NCBI RefSeq assembly: GCF_057098645.1
Contig: NZ_CM169472.1
Strand: one strand, 5' to 3'
Length of the DNA: 64,000 bases
The position numbers and the translations under genes are program-made. The notes under the pieces were generated by a model, which saw only the letters and a list, made by a program, of their open reading frames with translations, was not told where the DNA came from and made no database searches. Positions 1 through 12,609 of this stretch are shown here, piece by piece. Each line of letters opens with the position of its first letter. Within the stretch, counting starts at the first letter, position 1.

Positions 1-1134
<1,134 letters not shown>

Positions 1135-2085
1135 CTAAGCAATGCTGAGTCTCTACAACGCCAGGAGTTAAGCGACAATTTTCATACCATTAAAAAGAAC
1201 TGGCATCGTTTAATGAATCGTCAGCGGTGGCTTGATTACTGGCAGAATATTTATTCGCGCTCGCTTAGCGTTCTTCCCTACTTTCTGTTATTGCCGCAGT
1301 TTATTAGCGGGCAGATCAATCTGGGCGGACTGATGAAATCGCGCCAGGCATTTATGCTGGTATCGAACAATTTAAGCTGGTTTATTTATAAATATGATGA
1401 ACTTGCTGAACTGGCTGCGGTTATCGATCGCTTGTATGAGTTCCATCAACTCACCGAACAGCGCCCTACGAATAAGCCTAAAAATTGCCAACATGCGGTA
1501 CAAGTGGCTGACGCGAGTATTCGTACCCCTGATAATAAGATCATATTAGAGAACCTGAACTTTCATGTTCCGCCAGGCAAATGGCTATTACTGAAAGGTT
1601 ACTCTGGTGCGGGAAAAACCACACTGCTTAAAACATTATCTCACTGCTGGCCGTGGTTTAAAGGTGATATTTCTTCTCCTGCTGACAGTTGGTATGTGTC
1701 ACAAACACCGTTAATCAAAACCGGCTTACTGAAAGAGATTATTTGTAAAGCACTTCCCCTGCCCGTAGACGATAAATCGTTGAGCGAAGTACTGCATCAG
1801 GTTGGTCTGGGGAAATTTGCTGCGCGTATTCATGACCACGATCGCTGGGGAGATATTCTTTCCAGCGGCGAAAAACAACGTATCGCCCTGGCACGATTAA
1901 TTTTACGACGTCCGAAATGGATATTTCTTGACGAAACTACCTCTCATCTTGAGGAACAAGAGGCTATCCGCTTACTGCGTTTAGTGCGTGAAAAACTACC
2001 CACAAGCGGCGTCATTATGGTTACACATCAACCCGGTGTCTGGAACCTGGCCGATGATATTTGTGACATTAGCGCGGTTTTATAA
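1135..2085 (+). pseudogene. yddA: 3' fragment of ABC transporter ATP-binding/permease gene yddA, truncated by the IS5 insertion
   Basis: Frame is open from the IS5 end; encodes only the C-terminal ABC ATPase domain (Walker A GYSGAGKTT, signature LSSGEKQR, Walker B IFLDETTS); first 5 codons of the tracked ORF lie in the IS5 end. Confidence 0.8.
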
Positions 2086-2122
2086 AAACAATAAAAGCCC
2101 TGCTGTACGGAGATATAAATAA

Positions 2123-4495
2123 ATGAAGCGAGTTCTTATTCCTGGCGTCATTTTATGTGGCGCTGATGTGGCGCAGGCCGTCGATGACAAAAACATGTAC
2201 ATGCATGTTTTTGAAGAGATGACGGTCTATGCTCCTGTCCCTGTACCCGTAAACGGCAACACGCATTACACCAGTGAAAGCATCGAGCGTTTACCGACCG
2301 GGAATGGCAATATCAGCGATCTGCTGAGAACCAACCCTGCGGTACGCATGGATTCAACGCAAAGTACCTCGTTGAACCAGGGAGATATTCGCCCGGAGAA
2401 AATCTCTATTCACGGTGCGTCGCCCTACCAGAATGCCTATTTGATTGATGGTATTAGTGCCACTAATAACCTGAACCCAGCGAATGAGTCCGATGCCAGT
2501 AGTGCAACCAATATTAGCGGAATGTCACAGGGGTATTATCTTGATGTCAGCTTCCTGGACAATGTGACGCTTTATGACAGTTTTGTGCCGGTTGAATTCG
2601 GTCGCTTCAATGGCGGGGTAATTGATGCAAAGATCAAACGCTTCAACGCTGATGATAGCAGCGTGAAACTGGGTTATCGCACTACGCGTTCGGACTGGTT
2701 AACATCGCATATCGATGAGAATAACAAGAGCGCATTTAATCAAGGCTCTTCAGGAAGTACTTATTACTCCCCAGATTTTAAAAAGAACTTTTATACCTTG
2801 TCGTTTAATCAGGAACTCGCTGATAACTTTGGCGTTACCGCCGGTTTATCGCGCCGCCAGTCTGATATCACCCGCGCGGATTATGTTTCGAATGACGGCA
2901 TTGTCGCCGGTCGGGCACAGTATAAAAACGTTATCGATACTGCATTGAGCAAATTTACCTGGTTTGCCAGCGACCGCTTTACCCACGATTTAACCTTAAA
3001 ATATACCGGCTCCAGCCGTGATTATAATACCAGCACCTTCCCGCAGTCTGATCGCGAAATGGGTAATAAATCCTATGGTCTGGCATGGGATATGGATACG
3101 CAGCTCGCATGGGCCAAACTACGTACCACCGTTGGTTGGGATCATATTAGTGATTATACCCGTCACGATCATGACATCTGGTACACCGAACTTTCATGTA
3201 CATATGGTGATATTACAGGGCGTTGCACCCGTGGCGGATTAGGACACATTTCCCAGGCTGTAGATAATTACACCTTCAAAACACGCCTGGACTGGCAAAA
3301 ATTCGCCGTGGGTAATGTTTCGCATCAACCCTACTTCGGCGCGGAATACATCTATTCCGATGCATGGACTGAACGCCATAACCAGTCTGAATCCTATGTG
3401 ATTAATGCTGCCGGAAAGAAAACTAACCATACCATTTACCATAAAGGTAAAGGCAGCCTGGGAATTGACAACTACACACTGTATATGGCGGATCGCATTA
3501 GCTGGCGTAATGTGTCATTAATGCCCGGCGTGCGGTATGACTATGACAACTATCTGTCAAACCACAATATCTCCCCGCGCTTTATGACGGAATGGGATAT
3601 TTTTGCTGATCAAACCTCAATGATTACAGCAGGTTATAACCGTTACTATGGCGGGAATATTCTTGATATGGGATTACGTGATATCCGCAATAGCTGGACG
3701 GAATCGGTATCAGGTAATAAAACCCTGACGCGTTATCAGGATTTGAAAACACCTTATAACGATGAACTGGCAATGGGATTGCAGCAAAAAATCGGTAAGA
3801 ACGTTATTGCGCGCGCAAACTATGTTTACCGTGAAGCGCATGATCAAATCAGCAAAAGCAGTCGTACCGACAGCGCGACTAAAACCACCATTACTGAATA
3901 TAACAACGACGGCAAAACCAAAACGCATTCGTTCAACCTCAGTTTTGAACTGGCCGAACCCCTGCATATCAGCCAGGTAGATATTAACCCGCAAATTGTC
4001 TTTAGCTATATCAAGAGCAAGGGTAACTTGTCGTTAAACAATGGTTATGAGGAGAGCAATACCGGTGATAACCAGGTGGTTTATAACGGTAATCTTGTCT
4101 CTTACGATAGCGTTCCAGTGGCGGATTTTAATAACCCATTAAAGATCTCCTTAAACATGGATTTCACGCATCAACCGAGCGGGTTGGTGTGGGCGAATAC
4201 GCTGGCCTGGCAAGAAGCGCGTAAAGCTCGCATTATCCTGGGTAAGACGAATGCGCAATACATCAGCGAATATTCAGATTACAAGCAGTATGTTGACGAA
4301 AAACTGGATAGCAGCCTGACCTGGGACACCCGCTTGTCCTGGACGCCACAATTTCTGAAACAACAAAACCTGACGATCAGTGCCGATATTCTCAATGTAC
4401 TGGATAGCAAAACCGCTGTTGATACAACGAATACCGGTGTGGCGACCTACGCCAGTGGCCGTACTTTCTGGCTTGATGTCAGCATGAAATTTTAA
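2123..4495 (+). CDS. yddB: TonB-dependent outer membrane receptor-like protein YddB
   Basis: 790 aa ORF, C-terminal aromatic residue, conserved position between yddA and pqqL. Confidence 0.85.
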   Translation: MKRVLIPGVILCGADVAQAVDDKNMYMHVFEEMTVYAPVPVPVNGNTHYTSESIERLPTGNGNISDLLRTNPAVRMDSTQSTSLNQGDIRPEKISIHGASPYQNAYLIDGISATNNLNPANESDASSATNISGMSQGYYLDVSFLDNVTLYDSFVPVEFGRFNGGVIDAKIKRFNADDSSVKLGYRTTRSDWLTSHIDENNKSAFNQGSSGSTYYSPDFKKNFYTLSFNQELADNFGVTAGLSRRQSDITRADYVSNDGIVAGRAQYKNVIDTALSKFTWFASDRFTHDLTLKYTGSSRDYNTSTFPQSDREMGNKSYGLAWDMDTQLAWAKLRTTVGWDHISDYTRHDHDIWYTELSCTYGDITGRCTRGGLGHISQAVDNYTFKTRLDWQKFAVGNVSHQPYFGAEYIYSDAWTERHNQSESYVINAAGKKTNHTIYHKGKGSLGIDNYTLYMADRISWRNVSLMPGVRYDYDNYLSNHNISPRFMTEWDIFADQTSMITAGYNRYYGGNILDMGLRDIRNSWTESVSGNKTLTRYQDLKTPYNDELAMGLQQKIGKNVIARANYVYREAHDQISKSSRTDSATKTTITEYNNDGKTKTHSFNLSFELAEPLHISQVDINPQIVFSYIKSKGNLSLNNGYEESNTGDNQVVYNGNLVSYDSVPVADFNNPLKISLNMDFTHQPSGLVWANTLAWQEARKARIILGKTNAQYISEYSDYKQYVDEKLDSSLTWDTRLSWTPQFLKQQNLTISADILNVLDSKTAVDTTNTGVATYASGRTFWLDVSMKF

Positions 4496-4539
4496 TAGTT
4501 CGGATTTTACTTAACCGGGTAAATTCGCCCGGTTTTCGC

Positions 4540-7335
4540 ATGGAGATAATTATGAGAAACCTCTGTTTCTTACTGACGTTAGTGGCAACTCTGTTGCTCC
4601 CCGGGCGGCTGATTGCCGCCGCCTTACCGCAGGATGAAAAGTTAATTACCGGACAACTGGACAATGGCTTGCGATATATGATTTATCCGCATGCTCATCC
4701 AAAGGATCAGGTAAATTTATGGCTGCAAATTCATACCGGTTCATTGCAGGAAGAAGACAATGAGCGCGGCGTGGCTCATTTTGTAGAACATATGATGTTT
4801 AACGGCACAAAAGCATGGCCGGGTAATAAAGTCATCGAAACATTTGAGTCAATGGGCCTGCGTTTTGGTCGCGATGTTAATGCCTATACCAGCTATGACG
4901 AAACGGTGTATCAGGTGAGTTTGCCGACTACGCAGAAACAAAATCTGCAACAAGTGATGGCAATCTTCAGTGAATGGAGTAATGCCGCAACCTTTGAAAA
5001 ACTCGAAGTAGACGCTGAACGTGGCGTAATTACTGAGGAATGGCGTGCCCATCAGGATGCGAAATGGCGCACCTCTCAGGCGCGCCGCCCTTTCCTGCTG
5101 GCTAATACCCGTAATTTAGACCGTGAACCTATCGGCCTGATGGATACTGTCGCCACGGTCACACCGGCACAATTGCGCCAATTTTATCAACGCTGGTATC
5201 AACCAAATAATATGACCTTTATCGTGGTTGGCGATATCGACAGTAAAGAAGCGCTGGCGCTGATAAAGGATAATTTAAGTAAGCTTCCGGCTAACAAAGC
5301 AGCTGAAAATCGCGTCTGGCCGACAAAAGCCGAAAATCACCTGCGCTTTAATATCATTAATGATAAAGAAAACCGGGTGAACGGCATCGCACTCTATTAT
5401 CGCCTGCCAATGGTACAAGTGAACGATGAGCAAAGCTTTATCGAACAAGCTGAATGGAGCATGTTAGTTCAGCTGTTCAATCAACGTCTGCAGGAACGCA
5501 TACAGTCGGGCGAGTTGAAGACTATTTCTGGCGGCACTGCGCGCAGCGTTAAAATTGCACCCGATTATCAGTCGCTGTTTTTCCGTGTAAATGCACGAGA
5601 CGATAATATGCAGGATGCTGCGAATGCATTAATGGCAGAGTTGGCAACCATTGATCAGCATGGTTTTTCTGCTGAAGAACTCGATGATGTCAAATCTACC
5701 CGCCTCACCTGGCTGAAAAATGCGGTTGATCAGCAAGCTGAACGTGATTTACGTATGCTGACCAGTCGCCTGGCATCCAGCTCATTAAATAATACGCCGT
5801 TCTTGTCGCCGGAAGAGACATATCAACTTTCGAAACGTCTGTGGCAGCAAATTACCGTGCAAAGTCTGACGGAAAAATGGCAGCAGTTAAGAAAGAACCA
5901 GGACGCATTTTGGGAGCAAATGGTAAACAATGAGGTTGCCGCCAATAAAGCATTGTCTCCTGCGGCTATCCTGGCGCTGGAAAAAGAGTACGCCAACAAA
6001 AAGCTGGCGGCTTACATCTTCCCTGGCAGAAATTTATCGTTAACAGTAGACGCTGACCCACAGGCGGAAATTAGCAGCAAAGAAACGCTGGCTGAGAATC
6101 TGACATCATTAACACTTTCCAATGGTGCCAGGGTTATTCTGGCAAAATCCGCGGGTGAAGAGCAAAAGCTACAAATTACTGCCGTATCGAATAAAGGCGA
6201 GTTAAGTTTCCCTGCGCAGCAAAAATCACTTATCGCGCTGGCAAATAAAGCAGTAAGCGGAAGCGGCGTTGGTGAACTCTCCTCTTCCAGCCTGAAACGC
6301 TGGAGTGCGGAAAACTCGGTAACCATGAGCAGTAAAGTCAGTGGCATGAATACATTGCTCTCCGTTAGCGCGCGGACTAATAACCCTGAACCTGGTTTCC
6401 AGTTGATTAACCAGCGAATCACCCACAGCACGATTAACGACAATATTTGGGCATCGCTACAAAATGCTCAAATTCAGGCGTTGAAAACGCTCGACCAGCG
6501 TCCAGCGGAGAAATTCGCCCAGCAGATGTATGAGACGCGCTATGCTGATGACCGCACGAAATTACTGCAAGAAAATCAGATTGCACAGTTTACTGCCGCA
6601 GATGCGCTGGCTGCCGATCGCCAGTTGTTTTCATCTCCAGCGGATATCACGTTTGTCATTGTCGGTAATGTCGCAGAAGACAAACTCGTGGCGTTAATTA
6701 CGCGTTACTTAGGCTCAATCAAACACTCTGATTCGCCATTAGCCGCAGGTAAACCATTAACTCGCGCGACGGACAACGCATCGGTTACTGTAAAAGAACA
6801 AAATGAACCTGTGGCACAGGTTTCACAGTGGAAGCGTTATGATTCCCGGACACCTGTTAATCTGGCGACGCGTATGGCGCTCGATGCTTTTAACGTCGCA
6901 CTAGCAAAAGATCTACGCGTTAATATTCGTGAACAGGCATCTGGGGCATACAGCGTTTCTTCTCGCCTCTCGGTTGATCCTCAGGCTAAAGATATCAGTC
7001 ATTTGCTGGCTTTTACTTGTCAACCAGAACGACATGATGAACTGTTAACGTTAGCGAATGAAGTGATGGTTAAGCGTCTGGCTAAAGGGATCAGTGAGCA
7101 AGAACTGAACGAATACCAGCAAAACGTTCAGCGCAGCCTCGATATCCAACAGCGTAGCGTTCAACAATTAGCGAACACTATTGTAAATAGTCTTATTCAA
7201 TATGACGATCCTGCAGCATGGACTGAGCAGGAGCAATTATTGAAACAAATGACGGTAGAGAATGTTAACACTGCCGTTAAACAATATCTTTCTCATCCGG
7301 TAAATACTTATACCGGAGTATTATTGCCAAAATAA
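4540..7335 (+). CDS. pqqL: Periplasmic M16-family zinc metallopeptidase PqqL
   Basis: 931 aa ORF with signal peptide and inverted zinc-binding motif HFVEH; an alternative start at 4552 (MRNLCF) has the better Shine-Dalgarno (GGAGA). Confidence 0.85.
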   Translation: MEIIMRNLCFLLTLVATLLLPGRLIAAALPQDEKLITGQLDNGLRYMIYPHAHPKDQVNLWLQIHTGSLQEEDNERGVAHFVEHMMFNGTKAWPGNKVIETFESMGLRFGRDVNAYTSYDETVYQVSLPTTQKQNLQQVMAIFSEWSNAATFEKLEVDAERGVITEEWRAHQDAKWRTSQARRPFLLANTRNLDREPIGLMDTVATVTPAQLRQFYQRWYQPNNMTFIVVGDIDSKEALALIKDNLSKLPANKAAENRVWPTKAENHLRFNIINDKENRVNGIALYYRLPMVQVNDEQSFIEQAEWSMLVQLFNQRLQERIQSGELKTISGGTARSVKIAPDYQSLFFRVNARDDNMQDAANALMAELATIDQHGFSAEELDDVKSTRLTWLKNAVDQQAERDLRMLTSRLASSSLNNTPFLSPEETYQLSKRLWQQITVQSLTEKWQQLRKNQDAFWEQMVNNEVAANKALSPAAILALEKEYANKKLAAYIFPGRNLSLTVDADPQAEISSKETLAENLTSLTLSNGARVILAKSAGEEQKLQITAVSNKGELSFPAQQKSLIALANKAVSGSGVGELSSSSLKRWSAENSVTMSSKVSGMNTLLSVSARTNNPEPGFQLINQRITHSTINDNIWASLQNAQIQALKTLDQRPAEKFAQQMYETRYADDRTKLLQENQIAQFTAADALAADRQLFSSPADITFVIVGNVAEDKLVALITRYLGSIKHSDSPLAAGKPLTRATDNASVTVKEQNEPVAQVSQWKRYDSRTPVNLATRMALDAFNVALAKDLRVNIREQASGAYSVSSRLSVDPQAKDISHLLAFTCQPERHDELLTLANEVMVKRLAKGISEQELNEYQQNVQRSLDIQQRSVQQLANTIVNSLIQYDDPAAWTEQEQLLKQMTVENVNTAVKQYLSHPVNTYTGVLLPK

Positions 7336-7597
7336 TAACAGCCCCGTCAACACATCGTTGGCGGGGATTTTAGCAATATTCGCTATTTTTATGTAATAAT
7401 TTTATAAATGCGTTCAAAATAATAACCAAGTACTAATAGTGATATTTTAAGGTCTGATTTTTACGTGATAATTCAGGAGGCACAGAAAGCGCATAAAAAT
7501 AACAACATAAAACACCTTACCACCACCCAAGAGCCCCCTACTATATTGTTTTTCAATGAAAAAATATTATTCACGCAATATCTCACGATAAATAACA

Positions 7598-7617
7598 TTA
7601 GGATTTTGTTATTTAAA
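7598..7617 (+). promoter_or_regulatory. GAD box (GadE binding site) in the gadBC promoter
   Basis: Exact 20-nt match TTAGGATTTTGTTATTTAAA about 80 nt upstream of the gadB start. Confidence 0.65.
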
Positions 7618-7696
7618 CACGAGTCCTTTGCACTTGCTTACTTTATCGATAAATCCTACTTTTTTAATGCGATCCAATCATTTTAAGGAGTTTAAA

Positions 7697-9097
7697 ATGG
7701 ATAAGAAGCAAGTAACGGATTTAAGGTCGGAACTACTCGATTCACGTTTTGGTGCGAAGTCTATTTCCACTATCGCAGAATCAAAACGTTTTCCGCTGCA
7801 CGAAATGCGCGACGATGTCGCATTTCAGATTATCAATGACGAATTATATCTTGATGGCAACGCTCGTCAGAACCTGGCCACTTTCTGCCAGACCTGGGAC
7901 GACGAAAATGTCCACAAGTTGATGGATTTATCCATTAACAAAAACTGGATCGACAAAGAAGAATATCCGCAATCTGCAGCCATCGACCTGCGTTGCGTAA
8001 ATATGGTTGCCGATCTGTGGCATGCGCCTGCGCCGAAAAATGGTCAGGCCGTTGGCACCAACACCATTGGTTCTTCCGAGGCCTGTATGCTCGGCGGGAT
8101 GGCGATGAAATGGCGTTGGCGCAAGCGTATGGAAGCTGCAGGCAAACCAACGGATAAACCAAACCTGGTGTGCGGTCCGGTGCAAATCTGCTGGCATAAA
8201 TTCGCCCGCTACTGGGATGTGGAGCTGCGTGAGATCCCTATGCGCCCCGGTCAGTTGTTTATGGACCCGAAACGCATGATTGAAGCCTGCGACGAAAACA
8301 CCATCGGCGTGGTGCCGACTTTCGGCGTGACCTACACCGGTAACTATGAGTTCCCGCAACCGCTGCACGATGCGCTGGATAAATTCCAGACCGACACCGG
8401 TATCGACATCGACATGCACATCGACGCCGCCAGCGGTGGCTTCCTGGCACCGTTCGTCGCCCCGGATATCGTCTGGGACTTCCGCCTGCCGCGTGTGAAA
8501 TCGATCAGTGCTTCAGGCCATAAATTCGGTCTGGCTCCGCTGGGCTGCGGCTGGGTTATCTGGCGTGATGAAGAAGCGCTGCCGCAGGAACTGGTGTTCA
8601 ACGTTGACTACCTCGGTGGTCAGATTGGTACTTTCGCCATCAACTTCTCCCGCCCGGCGGGTCAGGTGATTGCACAGTACTATGAATTCCTGCGCCTTGG
8701 TCGTGAAGGCTATACCAAAGTACAGAACGCCTCTTACCAGGTTGCCGCTTATCTGGCGGATGAAATCGCCAAACTGGGGCCGTATGAGTTCATCTGTACG
8801 GGTCGCCCGGACGAAGGCATCCCGGCGGTTTGCTTCAAACTGAAAGATGGTGAAGATCCGGGATACACCCTGTACGACCTCTCTGAACGTCTGCGTCTGC
8901 GCGGCTGGCAGGTTCCGGCCTTCACTCTCGGCGGTGAAGCCACCGACATCGTGGTGATGCGCATTATGTGTCGTCGCGGCTTCGAAATGGACTTTGCTGA
9001 ACTGTTGCTGGAAGACTACAAAGCCTCCCTGAAATATCTCAGCGATCACCCGAAACTGCAGGGTATTGCCCAACAGAACAGCTTTAAACATACCTGA
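7697..9097 (+). CDS. gadB: Glutamate decarboxylase beta
   Basis: 466 aa from [25 protein letters not shown]-dependent decarboxylase; ORF track extends upstream but this start matches the known N-terminus. Confidence 0.95.
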   Translation: MDKKQVTDLRSELLDSRFGAKSISTIAESKRFPLHEMRDDVAFQIINDELYLDGNARQNLATFCQTWDDENVHKLMDLSINKNWIDKEEYPQSAAIDLRCVNMVADLWHAPAPKNGQAVGTNTIGSSEACMLGGMAMKWRWRKRMEAAGKPTDKPNLVCGPVQICWHKFARYWDVELREIPMRPGQLFMDPKRMIEACDENTIGVVPTFGVTYTGNYEFPQPLHDALDKFQTDTGIDIDMHIDAASGGFLAPFVAPDIVWDFRLPRVKSISASGHKFGLAPLGCGWVIWRDEEALPQELVFNVDYLGGQIGTFAINFSRPAGQVIAQYYEFLRLGREGYTKVQNASYQVAAYLADEIAKLGPYEFICTGRPDEGIPAVCFKLKDGEDPGYTLYDLSERLRLRGWQVPAFTLGGEATDIVVMRIMCRRGFEMDFAELLLEDYKASLKYLSDHPKLQGIAQQNSFKHT

Positions 9098-9117
9098 TAA
9101 CGTTTAACGGTAACGGT

Positions 9118-9150
9118 GTCCCGAAACGAACCCGTTTCGGGACAATTTCC
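9118..9150 (+). terminator. Stem-loop downstream of gadB (GTCCCGAAACG-AAC-CCGTTTCGGGAC)
   Basis: Perfect inverted repeat seen in sequence; weak U-tract. Confidence 0.45.
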
Positions 9151-9252
9151 AAAGTCTGTTCACTGGCATTAGCAACGGAAAATATTGTTCTGAATACGCT
9201 TCAGAACAAAACAGGTGCGGTTCCGACAGGAATACCGTTTTAGGGGGATAAT

Positions 9253-10788
9253 ATGGCTACATCAGTACAGACAGGTAAAGCTAAGCAGCTCACATTACTC
9301 GGATTCTTTGCCATAACGGCATCGATGGTAATGGCTGTTTATGAATACCCTACCTTCGCAACATCGGGCTTTTCATTAGTCTTCTTCCTGCTATTAGGCG
9401 GGATTTTATGGTTTATTCCCGTGGGACTTTGTGCTGCGGAAATGGCCACCGTCGACGGCTGGGAAGAAGGTGGTGTCTTCGCCTGGGTATCAAATACTCT
9501 GGGGCCGAGATGGGGATTTGCAGCGATCTCATTTGGCTATCTGCAAATCGCCATTGGTTTTATTCCGATGCTCTATTTCGTGTTAGGGGCACTCTCCTAC
9601 ATCCTGAAATGGCCAGCGCTGAATGAAGACCCCATTACCAAAACTATTGCAGCACTCATCATTCTTTGGGCGCTGGCATTAACGCAGTTTGGTGGCACGA
9701 AATACACGGCGCGAATTGCTAAAGTTGGCTTCTTCGCCGGTATCCTGTTACCTGCATTTATTTTGATCGCATTAGCGGCTATTTATCTGCACTCCGGTGC
9801 CCCCGTTGCTATCGAAATGGATTCGAAGACCTTCTTCCCTGACTTCTCTAAAGTGGGCACCCTGGTAGTATTTGTTGCCTTCATTTTGAGTTATATGGGC
9901 GTAGAAGCATCCGCAACCCACGTCAATGAAATGAGCAACCCAGGGCGCGACTATCCGTTGGCTATGTTACTGCTGATGGTGGCGGCAATCTGCTTAAGCT
10001 CTGTTGGTGGTTTGTCTATTGCGATGGTCATTCCGGGTAATGAAATCAACCTCTCCGCAGGGGTAATGCAAACCTTTACCGTTCTGATGTCCCATGTGGC
10101 ACCGGAAATTGAGTGGACGGTTCGCGTGATCTCCGCACTGCTGTTGCTGGGTGTTCTGGCGGAAATCGCCTCCTGGATTGTTGGTCCTTCTCGCGGGATG
10201 TATGTCACAGCGCAGAAAAACCTGCTGCCAGCGGCATTCGCTAAAATGAACAAAAATGGCGTACCGGTAACGCTGGTCATTTCGCAGCTGGTGATTACTT
10301 CTATCGCGTTGATCATCCTCACCAATACCGGTGGCGGTAACAACATGTCCTTCCTGATCGCACTGGCGCTGACGGTGGTGATTTATCTGTGTGCTTATTT
10401 CATGCTGTTTATTGGCTACATTGTGTTGGTTCTTAAACATCCTGACTTAAAACGCACATTTAATATCCCTGGTGGTAAAGGGGTGAAACTGGTCGTGGCT
10501 ATTGTCGGTCTGCTGACTTCAATTATGGCGTTTATTGTTTCCTTCCTGCCGCCGGATAATATCCAGGGTGACTCTACCGATATGTATGTTGAATTACTGG
10601 TCGTTAGTTTCCTGGTGGTACTTGCCCTGCCCTTTATTCTCTATGCTGTTCATGATCGTAAAGGCAAAGCGAATACCGGCGTCACTCTGGAGCCAATCAA
10701 CAGTAAGAACGCACCAAAAGGTCACTTCTTCCTGCACCCGCGTGCACGTTCACCACACTATATTGTGATGAATGACAAGAAACACTAA
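9253..10788 (+). CDS. gadC: Glutamate:GABA antiporter
   Basis: 511 aa polytopic membrane protein downstream of gadB. Confidence 0.95.
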   Translation: MATSVQTGKAKQLTLLGFFAITASMVMAVYEYPTFATSGFSLVFFLLLGGILWFIPVGLCAAEMATVDGWEEGGVFAWVSNTLGPRWGFAAISFGYLQIAIGFIPMLYFVLGALSYILKWPALNEDPITKTIAALIILWALALTQFGGTKYTARIAKVGFFAGILLPAFILIALAAIYLHSGAPVAIEMDSKTFFPDFSKVGTLVVFVAFILSYMGVEASATHVNEMSNPGRDYPLAMLLLMVAAICLSSVGGLSIAMVIPGNEINLSAGVMQTFTVLMSHVAPEIEWTVRVISALLLLGVLAEIASWIVGPSRGMYVTAQKNLLPAAFAKMNKNGVPVTLVISQLVITSIALIILTNTGGGNNMSFLIALALTVVIYLCAYFMLFIGYIVLVLKHPDLKRTFNIPGGKGVKLVVAIVGLLTSIMAFIVSFLPPDNIQGDSTDMYVELLVVSFLVVLALPFILYAVHDRKGKANTGVTLEPINSKNAPKGHFFLHPRARSPHYIVMNDKKH

Positions 10789-10812
10789 CTATGTCTGAAT
10801 GGTTATAAGATA

Positions 10813-10843
10813 AGGGAGCGATAATTCATCGCTCCCTTTTTCG
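10813..10843 (+). terminator. Rho-independent terminator after gadC
   Basis: GGGAGCGAT-AATTC-ATCGCTCCC followed by TTTTTCG. Confidence 0.6.
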
Positions 10844-10918
10844 TGCTTGCTGTCGTATTGACTTAACCGGGATAAGTACGAGAATGAGCGCACATCTGTT
10901 TACCGGAAACCAGCACAT

Positions 10919-12238
10919 ATGGATATCTGCTCCCGAAACGAGAAATTAGCGATTAGAAGACCAGCGATACTGGTTGCACTGGCACTTTTACTGTGTAGTT
11001 GTAAAAGCACGCCTCCAGAGTCCATGGTGACACCACCAGCAGGTTCAAAGCCACCAGCCACGACGCAACAATCGTCACAACCGATGCGTGGCATCTGGCT
11101 GGCCACGGTGTCTCGCCTCGACTGGCCACCGGTTTCCTCGGTTAACATTAGTAACCCCACCAGCCGGGCCCGTGTACAACAACAGGCGATGATCGACAAA
11201 CTGGATCATCTGCAACGTCTCGGTATAAACACGGTCTTTTTCCAGGTCAAGCCGGACGGTACCGCCCTGTGGCCTTCAAAAATTTTGCCATGGTCCGATC
11301 TTATGACCGGTAAGATTGGTGAAAATCCGGGTTACGATCCGCTGCAATTTATGCTCGACGAAGCCCACAAGCGTGGGATGAAAGTACACGCCTGGTTTAA
11401 CCCCTATCGCGTATCGGTTAATACGAAGCCCGGTACTATCAGGGAACTGAATAGCACTCTGTCTCAACAACCGGCGAGCGTCTATGTGCAACACCGTGAC
11501 TGGATCAGAACGTCTGGCGATCGCTTTGTCCTCGACCCGGGCATCCCTGAGGTTCAGGACTGGATCACATCAATAGTCGCAGAAGTGGTTTCCCGCTATC
11601 CGGTAGATGGCGTGCAGTTTGACGACTATTTCTATACTGAGTCACCGGGTTCACGGCTAAATGATAACGAAACGTACCGTAAATACGGAGGCGCATTTGC
11701 GTCAAAAGCAGACTGGCGGCGCAACAATACTCAGCAGTTAATTGCAAAGGTATCGCACACCATTAAAAGCATTAAGCCGGGAGTCGAATTTGGTGTTAGC
11801 CCGGCAGGCGTGTGGCGTAACCGATCACACGATCCGCTCGGTTCCGATACCCGAGGCGCGGCAGCCTATGACGAATCCTACGCTGACACCCGTCGATGGG
11901 TGGAACAAGGATTGCTGGATTACATTGCTCCCCAAATTTACTGGCCGTTCTCACGGAGTGCCGCGCGTTATGACGTGTTGGCAAAATGGTGGGCGGATGT
12001 CGTTAAACCGACCAGGACCCGCCTGTATATCGGTATCGCCTTCTATAAAGTGGGTGAACCTTCAAAGATAGAGCCAGACTGGATGATTAACGGCGGCGTA
12101 CCGGAACTGAAAAAGCAGCTCGATCTTAACGATGCGGTACCAGAAATTAGCGGCACCATCTTGTTCCGTGAGGACTATCTGAATAAACCGCAGACTCAAC
12201 AAGCGGTCAGCTATCTGCAAAGTCGTTGGGGCAGTTAA
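10919..12238 (+). CDS. yddW: Lipoprotein YddW (glycoside-hydrolase-like family)
   Basis: 439 aa ORF with lipoprotein-type signal (LLLCSCK). Confidence 0.85.
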   Translation: MDICSRNEKLAIRRPAILVALALLLCSCKSTPPESMVTPPAGSKPPATTQQSSQPMRGIWLATVSRLDWPPVSSVNISNPTSRARVQQQAMIDKLDHLQRLGINTVFFQVKPDGTALWPSKILPWSDLMTGKIGENPGYDPLQFMLDEAHKRGMKVHAWFNPYRVSVNTKPGTIRELNSTLSQQPASVYVQHRDWIRTSGDRFVLDPGIPEVQDWITSIVAEVVSRYPVDGVQFDDYFYTESPGSRLNDNETYRKYGGAFASKADWRRNNTQQLIAKVSHTIKSIKPGVEFGVSPAGVWRNRSHDPLGSDTRGAAAYDESYADTRRWVEQGLLDYIAPQIYWPFSRSAARYDVLAKWWADVVKPTRTRLYIGIAFYKVGEPSKIEPDWMINGGVPELKKQLDLNDAVPEISGTILFREDYLNKPQTQQAVSYLQSRWGS

Positions 12239-12609
12239 ACTCCCATTCTTACTTTGTAACAAGCCGGTACATTACCCACCGGCTTGTTACCCTCTTGAAC
12301 TATCCCACTACTAATCATGCTTACTAAAGTCAAATTAACCATGCAATTAACCACACTTAGTTAAACAGCCATAAATCCCCTAATAAAAATGTATGAATAT
12401 GAAAAACCATACGATATTCGCTGTCACCGAAAAATAATTACGATGGGCTATACTCTTCTGAAGAACAGTAGCGTAGATTGAAACTGTCCTAAGTCGCTTA
12501 TTTCTTTTCAGTATATCTTCATATTTCAGGAGAATATGGTGCAGTTAGTCGATCTCGCACGTTGCGTTTTGATTCCGTCTGATTTCCCAGCCTTATAAGA
12601 GTGTGAATT

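Noticed and set aside
7465-7686. 73 aa plus-strand ORF in the gadB upstream region
   Set aside because: It overlaps the AT-rich gadBC promoter including the GAD box and has no Shine-Dalgarno; more likely regulatory DNA than a gene.
7928-9091. Several minus-strand ORFs (63-192 aa) inside gadB
   Set aside because: All overlap the gadB coding frame on the opposite strand and have Arg/Cys-rich, compositionally biased translations; treated as spurious.
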